Source: Eledone cirrhosa
Lineage: Eukaryota
Direction of reading: 5' to 3'
NCBI GenBank assembly: GCA_964016885.1
Contig: CAXHJY010001747.1
Location: 62,001 to 126,000 of the forward strand
DNA: 64,000 nucleotides
Shown here: positions 27,001-39,240 of the stretch, piece by piece
How the letters are laid out: each line of letters opens with the position of its first letter
Numbering within the stretch: position 1 is the first letter of the stretch
Translations under genes and position numbers: made by a program
Notes under the pieces: generated by a model
Seen by the model: only the letters and a program-made list of their open reading frames with translations
The model's database searches: none
Told to the model about the DNA's origin: nothing

Positions 27001-30000
27001 GTATTGTTGGTGTTGGTGGTACTGTTGGTGTTGTTGGTATTGTTGGTGTTGGTGTTGGTGGTATTGTTGGTGTTGGTGGTACTGTTGGTGTTGGTGGTAT
27101 TGTAGGTGTTGGTGGTATTGTTGGTGTTGGTGGTACTGTTGGTGTTGGTGGTATTGTTGGTGTTGTTGGTATTGTTGGTGTCGGTGGTACTGCTGGGGTT
27201 GGTGGTATTGTTGGTGTTGGTGGTATTGTTGGTGTTGGTGGTATTGTTGGTGTTGGTGGTACTGTTGGTGTTGGTGGTACTGCTGGTGTTGGTGGTATTG
27301 TTGGTGTTGGTGGTATTGTTGGTGTTGGTGGTATTGTTGGTGTTGGTGGTACTGTTGGTGTTGGTGGTACTGTTGGTATTGGTGGTACTGTTAGTGTTGG
27401 TGGTATTGTTGGTGTTGGTGGTATTGTTGGTGTTGGTGGTACTGTTGGTGTTGGTGGTACTGTTGGTGTTGGTGGTATTGTTGGTGTTGGTGGTATTGTT
27501 GGTGTTGGTGGTACTGTTGGTGTTGGTGGTACTGTTGGTATTGGTGGTACTGTTAGTGTTGGTGGTATTGTTGGTGTTGGTGGTATTGTTGGTGTTGGTG
27601 GTACTGTTGGTGTTGGTGGTACTGTTGGTGTTTGTGGTATTGTTGGTGGTACTGTTGGTGTTGGTGGTATTGTTGGTGTTGGTGGTACTGTTAGTGTTGG
27701 TGGTATTGTTGCAGTTGGTGGTACTGTTAGTGTTGGTGGTATTGTTGGTGTTGGTGGTATTGTTGGTGTTGGTGGTACTGTTGGTGTTGGTGGTATTGTT
27801 GGTGTTGGTGGTATTGTTGGTGTTGGTGGTACTGTTGGTGTTGGTGGTACTGTTGGTGTTGGTGGTATTGTAGGTGTTGGTGGTATTGTTGGTGTTGGTG
27901 GTACTGTTGGTATTGGTGGTACTGTTTGTGTTGGTGGTATTGTTGGTGTTGGTGGTATTGTTGGTGTTGGTGGTATTGTTGGTGTTGGTGGTACTGTTGG
28001 TATTGGTGGTACTGTTTGTGTTGGTGGTATTGTTGGTGTTGCTGGTACTGTTGGTGTTGGTGGTATTGTTGGTGTTGGTGGTATTGTTGGTGTTGGTGGT
28101 ACTGTTGGTGTTGGTGGTATTGTTGGTGTTGGTGGTACTGTTAGTGTTGGTGGTATTGTTGGTGTTGGTGGTACTGTTAGTGTTGGTGGTATTGTTGGTG
28201 TTGGTGGTATTGTTGGTGTTGGTGGTATTGTTGGTGTTGGTGGTATTGTTGGTTTTGGTGGTAATCTTGGTGTTGGTGGTATTGTTGGTGTTGGTGGTAT
28301 TGTTGGTGTTGGTGGTACTGTTGGTGTTGGTGGTACTGTTGGTGTTGGTGGTATTGTTGGTGTTGGTGGTATTGTTGGTGTTGGTGGTACTGTTGGTGTT
28401 GGTGGTACTGCTGGTGTTGGTGGTATTGTTGGTGTTGGTGGTACTGTTGGTGTTGGTGGTATTGTTGGTGTTGGTGGTATTGTTGGTGTTGGTGGTACTG
28501 TTGGTGTTGGTGGTATTGTTGGTGTTGGTGGTATTGTTGGTTTTGGTGGTAATCTTGGTGTTGGTGGTATTGTTGGTGTTGGTGGTATTGTTGGTGTTGG
28601 TGGTACTGTTGGTGTTGGTGGTACTGTTGGTGTTGGTGGTATTGTTGGTGTTGGTGGTACTGTTGGTGTTGGTGGTACTGTTGGTGTTGGTGGTACTGTT
28701 GGTGTTGGTGGTATTGTTGGTGTTGGTGGTACTGTTAGTGTTGGTGGTATTGTTGGTGTTGGTGGTATTGTTGGTGTTGGTGGTATTGTTGGTGTTGGTG
28801 GTACTGTTGGTATTGGTGGTACTGTTGGTGTTGGTGGTACTGTTGGTGTTGGTGGTACTGTTGGTGTTGGTGGTACTGTTGGTATTGGTGGTACTGTTGG
28901 TGTTGGTGGTATTGTTGGTGTTGGTGGTACTGTTGGTGTTGGTGGTACTGTTGGTATTGGTGGTACTGTTGGTGTTGGTGGTATTGTTGGTGTTGGTGGT
29001 ACTGTTGGTATTGGTGGTACTGTTGGTGTTGGTGGTATTGTTGGTGTTGGTGGTACTGTTGGTGTTGGTGGTACTGTTGGTGTTGGTGGTACTGTTGGTA
29101 TTGGTGGTACTGTTGGTATTGGTGGTATTGTTGGTGTTGGTGGTACTGTTGGTGTTGGTGGTACTGTTGGTGTTGGTGGTACTGTTCGTATTGGTGGTAT
29201 TGTTGGTGTTGGTGGTATTGTTGGTGTTGGTGGTATTGTTGGTGTTTGTGGTATTGTTGGTGTTGGTGGTATTGTTGGTGTTGGTGGTATTGTTGGTGTT
29301 GGTGGTACTGTTGGTGTTGGTGGTACTGTTGGTGTTGGTGGTACTGTTGGTGTTGGTGGTACTGTTGGTGTTGGTGGTACTGTTGGTGTTGGTGGTATTG
29401 TTGGTGTTGGTGGTACTGTTGGTGTTGGTGGTATTGTTGGTGTTGGTGGTACTGTTGGTATTGGTGGTACTGTTGGTGTTGGTGGTATTGTTGGTGTTGG
29501 TGGTACTGTTGGTATTGGTGGTACTGTTGGTGTTGGTGGTATTGTTGGTGTTGGTGGTACTGTTGGTGTTGGTGGTACTGTTGGTGTTGGTGGTACTGTT
29601 GGTGTTGGTGGTACTGTTGGTGTTGGTGGTACTGTTGGTGTTGGTGGTATTGTTGGTGTTGGTGGTACTGTTGGTGTTGGTGGTACTGTTGGTGTTGGTG
29701 GTACTGTTGGTGTTGGTGGTACTGTTGGTGTTGGTGGTACTGTTGGTGTTGGTGGTATTGTTGGTGTTGGTGGTATTGTTGGTGTTGGTGGTATTGTTGG
29801 TGTTGGTGGTACTGTTGGTGTTGGTGGTATTGTTGGTGTTGGTGGTATTGTTGGTGTTGGTGGTATTGTTGGTGTTGGTGGTATTGTTGGTGTTGGTGGT
29901 ACTGTTGGTGTTGGTGGTATTGTTGGTGTTGGTGGTATTGTTGGTGTTGGTGGTATTGTTGGTGTTGGTGGTACTGTTGGTGTTGGTGGTACTGTTGGTG

Positions 30001-33000
30001 TTGGTGGTACTGTTGGTGTTGGTGGTATTGTTGGTGTTGGTGGTACTGTTGGTATTGGTGGTACTGTTGGTGTTGGTGGTATTGTTGGTGTTGGTGGTAC
30101 TGTTGGTGTTGGTGGTACTGTTGGTGTTGGTGGTATTGTTGGTGTTGGTGGTATTGTTGGTGTTGGTGGTATTGTTGGTGTTGGTGGTACTGTTGGTGTT
30201 GGTGGTACTGTTGGTGTTGGTGGTATTGTTGGTGTTGGTGGTATTGTTGGTGTTGGTGGTATTGTTGGTGTTGGTGGTACTGTTAGTGTTGGTGGTACTG
30301 TTGGTGTTGGTGGTATTGTTGGTGTTGGTGGTATTGTTGGTGTTGGTGGTATTGTTGGTGTTGGTGGTACTGTTGGTGTTGTTGGTATTGTTGGTGTTGG
30401 TGGTATTGTTGGTGTTGGTGGTATTGTTGGTGTTGGTGTTGGTGGTATTGTTGGTGTTGGTGGTATTCTTGGTGTTGGTGGTATTGTTGGTGTTGGTGGT
30501 ACTGTTGGTGTTGTTGGTATTGTTGGTGTTGGTGGTATTGTTGGTGTTGGTGGTATTGTTGGTGTTGGTGTTGGTGGTATTGTTGGTGTTGGTGGTATTG
30601 TTGGTGTTGGTGGTACTGTTAGTGTTGGTGGTACTGTTGGTGTTGGTGGTATTGTTGGTGTTGGTGGTATTGTTGGTGTTGGTGGTATTCTTGGTGTTGG
30701 TGGTATTGTTGGTGTTGTTGGTATTGTTGGTGTTGGTGTTGGTGGTATTGTTGGTGTTGGTGGTATTGTTGGTGTTGGTGGTACTGTTAGTGTTGGTGGT
30801 ACTGTTGGTGTTGGTGGTATTGTTGGTGTTGGTGGTATTGTTGGTGTTGGTGGTATTGTTGGTGTTGGTGGTATTCTTGGTGTTGGTGGTATTGTTGGTG
30901 TTGGTGGTACTGTTGGTGTTGTTGGTATTGTTGGTGTTGGTGTTGGTGGTATTGTTGGTGTTGGTGGTACTGTTGGTGTTGGTGGTATTGTAGGTGTTGG
31001 TGGTATTGTTGGTGTTGGTGGTACTGTTGGTGTTGGTGGTACTGTTGGTGTTGGTGGTATTGTTGGTGTTGTTGGTATTGTTGGTGTTGTTGGTATTGTT
31101 GGTGTTGGTGGTACTGTTGGTGTTGGTGGTACTGTTGGTGTTGGTGGTACTGTTGGTGTTGGTGGTATTGTTGGTGTTGGTGGTACTGTTGGTGTTGGTG
31201 GTATTGTTGGTGTTGTTGGTATTGTTGGTGTTGGTGGTACTGTTGGTGTTGGTGGTATTGTTGGTGTTGGTGGTATTGTTGGTGTTGGTGGTACTGTTGG
31301 TGTTGGTGGTACTGTTGGTGTTGGTGGTATTGTTGGTGTTGGTGGTATTGTTGGTGTTGGTGGTACTGTTGGTGTTGGTGGTATTGTTGGTGTTGGTGGT
31401 ATTGTTGGTTTTGGTGGTAATCTTGGTGTTGGTGGTATTGTTGGTGTTGGTGGTATTGTTGGTGTTGTTGGTATTGTTGGTGTTGGTGGTATTGTTGGTG
31501 TTGGTGGTACTGTTGGTGTTGGTGGTACTGTTGGTGTTGGTGGTACTGTTGGTGTTGGTGGTATTGTTGGTGTTGGTGGTACTGTTAGTGTTGGTGGTAT
31601 TGTTGGTGTTGGTGGTATTGTTGGTGTTGGTGGTATTGTTGGTGTTGGTGGTACTGTTGGTATTGGTGGTACTGTTGGTGTTGGTGGTACTGTTGGTGTT
31701 GGTGGTATTGTTGGTGTTGGTGGTATTGTTGGTGTTGGTGGTACTGTTGGTGTTGGTGGTACTGTTGGTGTTGTCGGTACTGTTGGTATTGGTGGTACTG
31801 TTGGTGTTGGTGGTATTGTTGGTGTTGGTGGTACTGTTGGTGTTGGTGGTACTGTTGGTATTGGTGGTACTGTTGGTGTTGGTGGTATTGTTGGTGTTGG
31901 TGGTACTGTTGGTGTTGGTGGTACTGTTGGTGTTGGTGGTACTGTTGGTATTGGTGGTACTGTTGGTATTGGTGGTATTGTTGGTGTTGGTGGTACTGTT
32001 GGTGTTGGTGGTACTGTTGGTGTTGGTGGTACTGTTGGTATTGGTGGTATTGTTGGTGTTGGTGGTACTGTTGGTGTTGGTGGTACTGTTGGTGTTGGTG
32101 GTACTGTTGGTATTGGTGGTATTGTTGGTGTTGGTGGTACTGTTGGTGTTTGTGGTACTGTTGGTGTTGGTGGTACTGTTGGTGTTGGTGGTACTGTTGG
32201 TATTGGTGGTATTGTTGGTGTTGGTGGTATTGTTGGTGTTGGTGGTATTGTTGGTGTTGGTGGTATTGTTGGTGTTGGTGGTATTGTTGGTGTTGGTGGT
32301 ACTGTTGGTATTGGTGGTACTGTTGGTGTTGGTGGTATTGTTGGTGTTGGTGGTACTGTTGGTATTGGTGGTACTGTTGGTGTTGGTGGTACTGTTGGTG
32401 TTGGTGGTATTGTTGGTGTTGGTGGTATTGTTGGTGTTGGTGGTACTGTTGGTGTTGGTGGTATTGTTGGTGTTGGTGGTATTGTTGGTGTTGGTGGTAT
32501 TGTTGGTGTTGGTGGTACTGTTGGTGTTGGTGGTATTGTTGGTGTTGGTGGTACTGTTGGTGTTGGTGGTACTGTTGGTGTTGGTGGTATTGTTGGTGTT
32601 GGTGGTATTGTTGGTGTTGGTGGTACTGTTGGTGTTGGTGGTATTGTTGGTGTTGGTGGTATTGTTGGTGTTGGTGGTACTGTTGGTGTTGGTGGTATTG
32701 TTGGTGTTGTGGTATTGTTGGTGTTGGTGGTATTGTTGGTGTTGGTGGTATTGTTGGTGTTGGTGGTACTGTTGGTGTTGGTGGTACTGTTGGTGTTGGT
32801 GGTACTGTTGGTGTTGGTGGTACTGTTGGTGTTGGTGGTATTGTTGGTGTTGGTGGTACTGTTGGTGTTGGTGGTATTGTTGGTGTTGGTGGTATTGTTG
32901 GTGTTGGTGGTACTGTTGGTGTTGGTGGTACTGTTGGTGTTGGTGGTACTGTTGGTGTTGGTGGTATGTTGGTGTTGGTGGTACTGTTGGTGTTGGTGGT

Positions 33001-36000
33001 ACTGTTGGTGTTGGTGGTATTGTTGGTGTTGGTGGTATTGTTGGTGTTGGTGGTACTTGGTGTTGGTGGTATTGTTGGTGTTGGTGGTATTGTTGGTGTT
33101 GGTGGTACTGTTGGTGTTGGTGGTACTGTTGGTGTTGGTGGTACTGTTGGTGTTGGTGGTATGTTGGTGTTGGTGGTACTGTTGGTGTTGGTGGTACTGT
33201 TGGTGTTGGTGGTATTGTTGGTAGTTGGTGGTATTGTTGGTGTTGGTGGTATTGTTGGTGTTGGTGGTACTGTTGGTGTTGGTGGTACTGTTGTGTTGGT
33301 TGTATTGTTGGTGTTGGTGGTATTGTTGGTGTTGGTGGTATTGTTGGTGTTGGTGGTACTGTTGGTGTTGGTGGTATTGTTGGTGTTGGTGGTATTGTTG
33401 GTGTTGGTGGTACTGTTGGTGTTGGTGGTATTGTTGGTGTTGGTGGTATTGTTGGTGTTGGTGGTACTGTTGGTGTTGGTGGTATTGTTGGTGTTGGTGG
33501 TACTGTTGGTGTTGGTGGTATTGTTGGTGTTGGTGGTATTGTTGGTGTTGGTGATACTGTTAGTGTTGGTGGTACTGTTGGTGTTGGTGGTATTGTTGGT
33601 GTTGGTGGTATTGTTGGTGTTGGTGGTATTGTTGGTGTTGGTGGTATTGTTGGTGTTGGTGGTATTGTTGGTGTTGGTGGTACTGTTGGTGTTGGTGGTA
33701 CTGTTGGTGTTGGTGGTATTGTTGGTGTTGGTGGTATTGTTGGTGTTGGTGGTATTGTTGGTGTTGGTGATACTGTTAGTGTTGGTGGTACTGTTGGTGT
33801 TGGTGGTATTGTTGGTGTTGGTGGTATTGTTGGTGTTGGTGGTATTGTTGGTGTTGGTGGTATTCTTGGTGTTGGTGGTATTGTTGGTGTTGGTGGTACT
33901 GTTGGTGTTGTTGGTATTGTTGGTGTTGGTGTTGGTGGTATTGTTGGTGTTGGTTGTATTGTTGGTGTTGGTGGTACTGTTAGTGTTGGTGGTACTGTTG
34001 GTGTTGGTGGTATTGTTGGTGTTGGTGGTATTGTTGGTGTTGGTGGTATTGTTGGTGTTGGTGGTACTGTTGGTGTTGGTGGTATTGTTGGTGTTGGTGG
34101 TATTGTTGGTGTTGGTGGTATTGTTGGTGTTGGTGGTATTGTTGGTATTGGTGGTATTGTTGGTGTTGGTGGTATTGTTGGTGTTGGTGGTACTGTTGGT
34201 GTTGGTGGTATGTTGGTGTTGGTGGTACTGTTGGTGTTGGTGGTACTGTTGGTATTGGTGGTATTGTTGGTGTTGGTGGTACTGTTGGTGTTGGTGGTAT
34301 TGTTGGTGTTGGTGGTATTGTTGGTGTTGGTGGTATTGTTGGTGTTGGTGGTATTGTTGGTGTTGGTGGTACTGTTGGTGTTGGTGGTATTGTTGGTGTT
34401 GGTGGTATTGTTGGTGTTGGTGGTACTGTTAGTGTTGGTGGTACTGTTGGTGTTGGTGGTATTGTTGGTGTTGGTGGTATTGTTGGTGTTGGTGGTACTG
34501 TTGGTGTTGGTGGTATTGTTGGTGTTGGTGGTATTGTTGGTGTTGGTGGTACTGTTGGTGTTGGTGGTATTGTTGGTGTTGGTGGTATTGTTGGTGTTGG
34601 TGGTACTGTTGGTGTTGGTGGTACTGTTGGTGTTGGTGGTATTGTGGTGTTGGTGTTGGTGGTACTGTTGGTATTGGTGGTATTGTTGGTGTTGGTGGTA
34701 TTGTTGGTGTTGGTGGTACTGTTGGTGTTGGTGGTATTGTTGGTGTTGGTGGTATTGTTGGTGTTGGTGGTATGGTTGGTGTTGGTGGTACTGTTAGTGT
34801 TGGTGGTACTGTTGGTGTGGTGGTATTGTTGGTGTTGGTGGTACTGTTGGTGTTGGTGGTACTGTTTGGTGTTGGTGGTACTGTTGGTGTTGGTGGTACT
34901 GTTGGTATTGGTGGTATTGTTGGTGTTGGTGGTATTGTTGGTGTTGGTGGTACTGTTGGTGTTGGTGGTATTGTTGGTGTTGGTGGTACTGTTGGTGTTG
35001 GTGGTATTGTTGGTGTTGGTGGTATTGTTGGTGTTGGTGGTACTGTTGGTATTGGTGGTATTGTTGGTGTTGGTGGTATTGTTGGTGTTGGTGGTACTGT
35101 TGGTGTTGGTGGTACTGTTGGTGTTGGTGGTACTGTTGGTGTTGGTGGTATTGTTGGTGTTGGTGGTATTGTTGGTGTTGGTGGTACTGTTGGTGTTGGT
35201 GGTATTGTTGGTGTTGGTGGTATTGTTGGTGTTGGTGGTACTGTTGGTGTTGGTGGTATTGTTGGTGTTGGTGGTACTGTTGGTGTTGGTGGTATTGTTG
35301 GTGTTGGTGGTATTGTTGGTGTTGGTGGTACTGTTGGTGTTGGTGGTATTGTTGGTGTTGGTGGTACTGTTGGTGTTGGTGGTATTGTTGGTGTTGGTGG
35401 TACTGTTGGTGTTGGTGGTATTGTTGGTGTTGGTGGTACTGTTGGTATTGGTGGTATTGTTGGTGTTGGTGGTATTGTTGGTGTTGGTGGTACTGTTGGT
35501 GTTGGTGGTATTGTTGGTGTTGGTGGTACTGTTGGTGTTGGTGGTATTGTTGGTGTTGGTGGTATTGTTGGTGTTGGTGGTACTGTTGGTGTTGGTGGTA
35601 TTGTTGGTGTTGGTGGTATTGTTGGTGTTGGTGGTACTGTTGGTGTTGGTGGTACTGTTGGTGTTGGTGGTATTGTTGGTGTTGGTGGTATTGTTGGTGT
35701 TGGTGGTATTGTTGGTGTTGGTGGTACTGTTGGTGTTGGTGGTACTGTTGGTGTTGGTGGTATTGTTGGTGTTGGTGGTATTGTTGGTGTTGGTGGTATG
35801 GTTGGTGTTGGTGGTACTGTTAGTGTTGGTGGTACTGTTGGTGTTGGTGGTATTGTTGGTGTTGGTGGTATTGTTGGTGTTGGTGGTATTGTTGGTGTTG
35901 GTGGTATTGTTGGTGTTGGTGGTATTGTTGGTGTTGGTGGTATTGTTGGTGTTGGTGGTATTCTTGGTGTTGGTGGTATTGTTGGTGTTGGTGGTACTGT

Positions 36001-39000
36001 TGGTGTTGTTGGTATTGTTGGTGTTGGTGTTGGTGGTATTGTTGGTGTTGGTGGTATTGTTGGTGTTGGTGGTATTGTAGGTGTTGGTGGTATTGTTGGT
36101 GTTGGTGGTACTGTTGGTGTTGGTGGTACTGTTGGTGTTGGTGGTATTGTTGGTGTTGGTGGTATTGTTGGTGTTGTTGGTATTGTTGGTGTTGGTGGTA
36201 TTGTTGGTGTTGGTGGTATTGTTGGTGTTGGTGGTACTGTTGGTATTGGTGGTATTGTTGGTGTTGGTGGTATTGTTGGTGTTGGTGGTACTGTTGGTGT
36301 TGGTGGTATTGTTGGTGTTGGTGGTATTGTTGGTGTTGGTGGTACTGTTGGTATTGGTGGTATTGTTGGTGTTGGTGGTATTGTTGGTGTTGGTGGTACT
36401 GTTGGTGTTGGTGGTACTGTTGGTGTTGGTGGTACTGTTGGTGTTGGTGGTATTGTTGGTGTTGGTGGTATTGTTGGTGTTGGTGGTACTGTTGGTGTTG
36501 GTGGTATTGTTGGTGTTGGTGGTATTGTTGGTGTTGGTGGTACTGTTGGTGTTGGTGGTATTGTTGGTGTTGGTGGTATTGTTGGTGTTGGTGGTACTGT
36601 TGGTATTGGTGGTATTGTTGGTGTTGGTGGTATTGTTGGTGTTGGTGGTACTGTTGGTGTTGGTGGTATTGTTGGTGTTGGTGGTACTGTTGGTGTTGGT
36701 GGTATTGTTGGTGTTGGTGGTATTGTTGGTGTTGGTGGTACTGTTGGTGTTGGTGGTATTGTTGGTGTTGGTGGTATTGTTGGTGTTGGTGGTACTGTTG
36801 GTGTTGGTGGTACTGTTGGTGTTGGTGGTATTGTTGGTGTTGGTGGTATTGTTGGTGTTGGTGGTATTGTTGGTGTTGGTGGTACTGTTGGTGTTGGTGG
36901 TACTGTTGGTGTTGGTGGTATTGTTGGTGTTGGTGGTATTGTTGGTGTTGGTGGTATGGTTGGTGTTGGTGGTACTGTTAGTGTTGGTGGTACTGTTGGT
37001 GTTGGTGGTATTGTTGGTGTTGGTGGTATTGTTGGTGTTGGTGGTATTGTTGGTGTTGGTGGTATTCTTGGTGTTGGTGGTATTGTTGGTGTTGGTGGTA
37101 CTGTTGGTGTTGTTGGTATTGTTGGTGTTGGTGTTGGTGGTATTGTTGGTGTTGGTGGTATTGTTGGTGTTGGTGGTACTGTTAGTGTTGGTGGTACTGT
37201 TGGTGTTGGTGGTATTGTTGGTGTTGGTGGTATTGTTGGTGTTGGTGGTATTGTTGGTGTTGGTGGTATTCTTGGTGTTGGTGGTATTGTTGGTGTTGGT
37301 GGTACTGTTGGTGTTGTTGGTATTGTTGGTGTTGGTGTTGGTGGTATTGTTGGTGTTGGTGGTATTGTTGGTGTTGGTGGTATTGTAGGTGTTGGTGGTA
37401 TTGTTGGTGTTGGTGGTACTGTTGGTGTTGGTGGTACTGTTGGTGTTGGTGGTATTGTTGGTGTTGGTGGTATTGTTGGTGTTGTTGGTATTGTTGGTGT
37501 TGGTGGTACTGTTGGTGTTGGTGGTACTGTTGGTGTTGGTGGTACTGTTGGTGTTGGTGGTACTGTTGGTGTTGGTGGTACTGTTGGTATTGGTGGTACT
37601 GTTAGTGTTGGTGGTATTGTTGGTGTTGGTGGTATTGTTGGTGTTGGTGGTACTGTTGGTGTTGGTGGTATTGTAGGTGTTGGTGGTATTGTTGGTGTTG
37701 GTGGTACTGTTGGTATTGGTGGTACTGTTAGTGTTGGTGGTATTGTTGGTGTTGGTGGTATTGTTGGTGTTGGTGGTATTGTTGGTGTTGGTGGTACTGT
37801 TGGTGTTGGTGGTATTGTTGGTGTTGGTGGTACTGTTGGTGTTGGTGTTGGTGGTATTGTTGGTGTTGGTGGTATTGTTGGTGTTGGTGTTGGTGGTATT
37901 GTTGGTGTTGGTGGTACTGTTGGTGTTGGTGGTAGTGTTGGTGTTGGTGGTACTGTTGGTGTTGGTGGTATTGTTGGTGTTGGTGGTACTGTTGGTGTTG
38001 GTGGTACTGTTGGTGTTGGTGGTATTGTTGGTGTTGGTGGTACTGTTGGTGTTGTTGGTATTGTTGGTGTTGGTGGTACTGTTGGTGTTGGTGGTATTGT
38101 TGGTGTTGGTGGTACTGTTGGTGTTGGTGGTACTGTTGGTGTTGTTGGTATTGTTGGTGTTGGTGGTACTGTTGGTGTTGGTGGTATTGTTGGTGTTGGT
38201 GGTACTGTTGGTGTTGGTGGTACTGTTGGTGTTGTTGGTATTGTTGGTGTTGGTGGTACTGTTGGTGTTGGTGGTATTGTTGGTGTTGGTGGTATTGTTG
38301 GTGTTGGTGGTACTGTTGGTGTTGGTGGTACTGTTGGTGTTGTTGGTATTGTTGGTGTTGGTGGTACTGTTGGTGTTGGTGGTACTGTTGGTGTTGGTGG
38401 TACTGTTGGTGTTGGTGGTACTGTTGGTGTTGGTGGTATTGTTGGTGTTGGTGGTACTGTTGGTGTTGGTGGTACTGTTGGTGTTGTTGGTATTGTTGGT
38501 GTTGGTGGTATTGTTGGTGTTGGTGGTACTGTTGGTGTTGGTGGTATTGTTGGTGTTGGTGGTATTGTTGGTGTTGGTGGTATTGTTGGTGTTGGTGGTA
38601 TTGTTGGTGTTGGTGGTATTGTTGGTGTTGGTGGTACTGTTGGTGTTGGTGGTATTGTTGGTGTTGGTGGTATTGTTGGTGTTGGTGGTACTGTTGGTGT
38701 TGGTGGTATTGTTGGTGTTGGTGGTATTGTTGGTGTTGGTGGTACTGTTGGTGTTGGTGGTATTGTTGGTGTTGGTGGTATTGTTGGTGTTGGTGGTACT
38801 GTTGGTGTTGGTGGTACTGTTGGTGTTGGTGGTATTGTTGGTGTTGGTGGTATTGTTGGTGTTGGTGGTATTGTTGGTGTTGGTGGTATTGTTGGTGTTG
38901 GTGGTATTGTTGGTGTTGGTAGTATTGTTTGTGTTGGTAGTATTGTTGGTGTTGGTGGTATTGTTGGTGTTGGTGGTACTGTTGGTGTTGGTGGTATTAT

Positions 39001-39240
39001 TGGTGTTGGTGGTATTGTTGGTGTTGGTGGTATTATTGGTGTTGGTGGTATTGTTGGTGTTGGTGGTACTGTTGGTGTTGGTGGTACTGTTGGTGTTGGT
39101 GGTATTGTTGGTGTTGGTGGTATTGTTGGTGTTGGTGGTATTGTTGTTGTTGGTGGTATTGTTGGTGTTGGTGGTATTGTTGGTGTTGGTGGTATTGTTG
39201 GTGTTGGTGGTACTGCTGGTGTTGGTGGTATTGTCGGTGT
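1..39240. repeat. 18-bp tandem satellite (GGTGTTGGTGGTA[T/C]TGTT)n, about 2,200 units, running off the left edge
   Basis: The 18-bp period is directly visible. Two dominant variants (ATT/ACT) are interspersed with rarer local variants, and the G/T versus C/A strand asymmetry is strict. Confidence 0.98.

Noticed and set aside
1-39240. Telomeric repeat interpretation of the GT-rich array
   Set aside because: There is no TTAGGG-type unit, and the G-rich strand runs 5'->3' into the unique sequence rather than toward a free end.
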